DNA of 64,000 nt from Chiloscyllium plagiosum. Its lineage: Eukaryota. The notes under the pieces were generated by a model, which worked only from the letters and a program-made list of their open reading frames with translations, was not told the origin of the DNA and made no database searches. The stretch's first letter is position 1, and each line of letters starts with the position of its first letter. Shown here piece by piece: positions 62,761-64,000 of the stretch. The position numbers and the translations under genes were made by a program. Location of the stretch: positions 19,343,905 to 19,407,904 of the forward strand of contig NC_057718.1 in NCBI RefSeq assembly GCF_004010195.1. Direction: 5' to 3'.

Positions 62761-63054
62761 GCTCATTAGATATGGGTCATTTACTCCCCTCGCCCTGGCA
62801 GTAATTTGTTACAACCAGCCAATGGAGGAGGAGACAAACAAGAGGCAAGGCACACATGTACCCAACACAACCTTTTCTCCCAGATGTCAACATTAGTAAT
62901 ATTACTTCCAATTGTCAGCAGCACAGAGTCACAACAGTCAGCTTAATTTTAAAGAACACACTCCAAAGAAACAGAAAGATGTAAAAGATTTTGCTGTTAA
63001 TCGAGTATGTGACCGAAATAGTTGGGTTTTTCCCATGAATACACAGTGTCAAAA

Positions 63055-63390
63055 ATCATAAAATCTCCAGAGTGTGGAAGCAGCCATTTGGCTCATCAAG
63101 TCTACACCAACTCTCTAAAGAGCATCCCACCCATACGAACCACATCCCCTATCCCTATAATCCTGCATTTCCCATGGCTAATCCACCTAGCCTACACACC
63201 TAATGGATACTGTGGGTAATTTAGCATGACCAATCCACCTGACCTGCACAACTTTGGGCTGTGGGAGGAAACCCACGCAGACACGGGGAGAATGTGCAAA
63301 CTCCACACAGTCACCTGAGGTTGGAATCAAACCCAGGTCCCTGGCGCTATGACGCAACAGTGCTAACCACTGAGCCTCTGTGCCACCCCA
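63055..63390 (-). mobile_element. HE1-like V-SINE
   Basis: GGGGTGGCACAGAGGCTCAGTGGTTAGCACT head plus core on the minus strand. Confidence 0.87.
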
Positions 63391-64000
63391 TATAACCTGA
63401 AAGCTATTTGTGATTAAACACAAACACAGATCAAAATGGGAGCTATGTGGAGTGGTGGGGAGTGGTTTGACGTTTCTCTCTGGAACCTGATCACGATTCC
63501 TCGATGTTTCTGCTGAGTGCCGAACTGGATGAGGAGTTGTTCAATCAGACACTCTGTCTGATCACCAGCTGGGCTGTGCGAACTCCAAGAAAGTTTAAAT
63601 CTGACTGGCCCATTCAGTTTAAAGATGACAGGTGAAATAACAATGGCCAAAAAGGCTTCAAGTGACAAAAATGTGTAGAGATGAGCAGGAATGACGTTAT
63701 TCTCCCAGCACTTTCTATTAGAGATGGATGTGTGGGAGCTGCATTTCTAAAGGGAGTATGTGGATTACCCATTCCAGAACATTCAAGGCTGCACTCAGCA
63801 GCCAGAAACCCTAGTCACAGGATCATCTCCCAACTGGGAGTCAGGAATATAGAAAGGGGTCAAGCACCATTATTACTTTCAAGAAATAATTCCAGATCAG
63901 TCATCGCCATTGATCCTTCAACACAGTGTGCACAACTGACAGATGCTTTGACTCATTCCACTGTGTGATTCACAACATTCAGATTCCCTTTTGAAGGAGC

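Overview
Vertebrate genomic DNA, almost certainly from a shark or other elasmobranch (judged from HE1-type V-SINEs and CR1/HER1-like LINEs). The window lies inside one large minus-strand gene of the latent TGF-beta binding protein family, best matching LTBP1. I could read 11 internal GT-AG exons (1314 nt, 438 codons, frame-consistent). They encode the end of a TB/8-Cys domain, the Pro-rich hinge (with a 23-nt microexon and a NAGNAG acceptor) and seven calcium-binding EGF domains. The gene's start and end are outside the window. The introns are packed with CR1 LINE fragments (one near full length with an inverted 5' part), a Rex1/Babar-like LINE, several SINE families, a solo LTR and Penelope-like element (PLE) fragments. 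The most striking non-genic signal is a set of short (68-253 bp) PLE-terminus-derived insertions from at least three sequence families. Most are fold-back hairpins, most carry a minimal hammerhead-ribozyme-like core (CUGANGA-N-stem II-GAAA), and eight are flanked by 10-16 bp target-site duplications. Comparisons with human proteins are from memory and need checking by alignment. Repeat boundaries are approximate unless a TSD is given.
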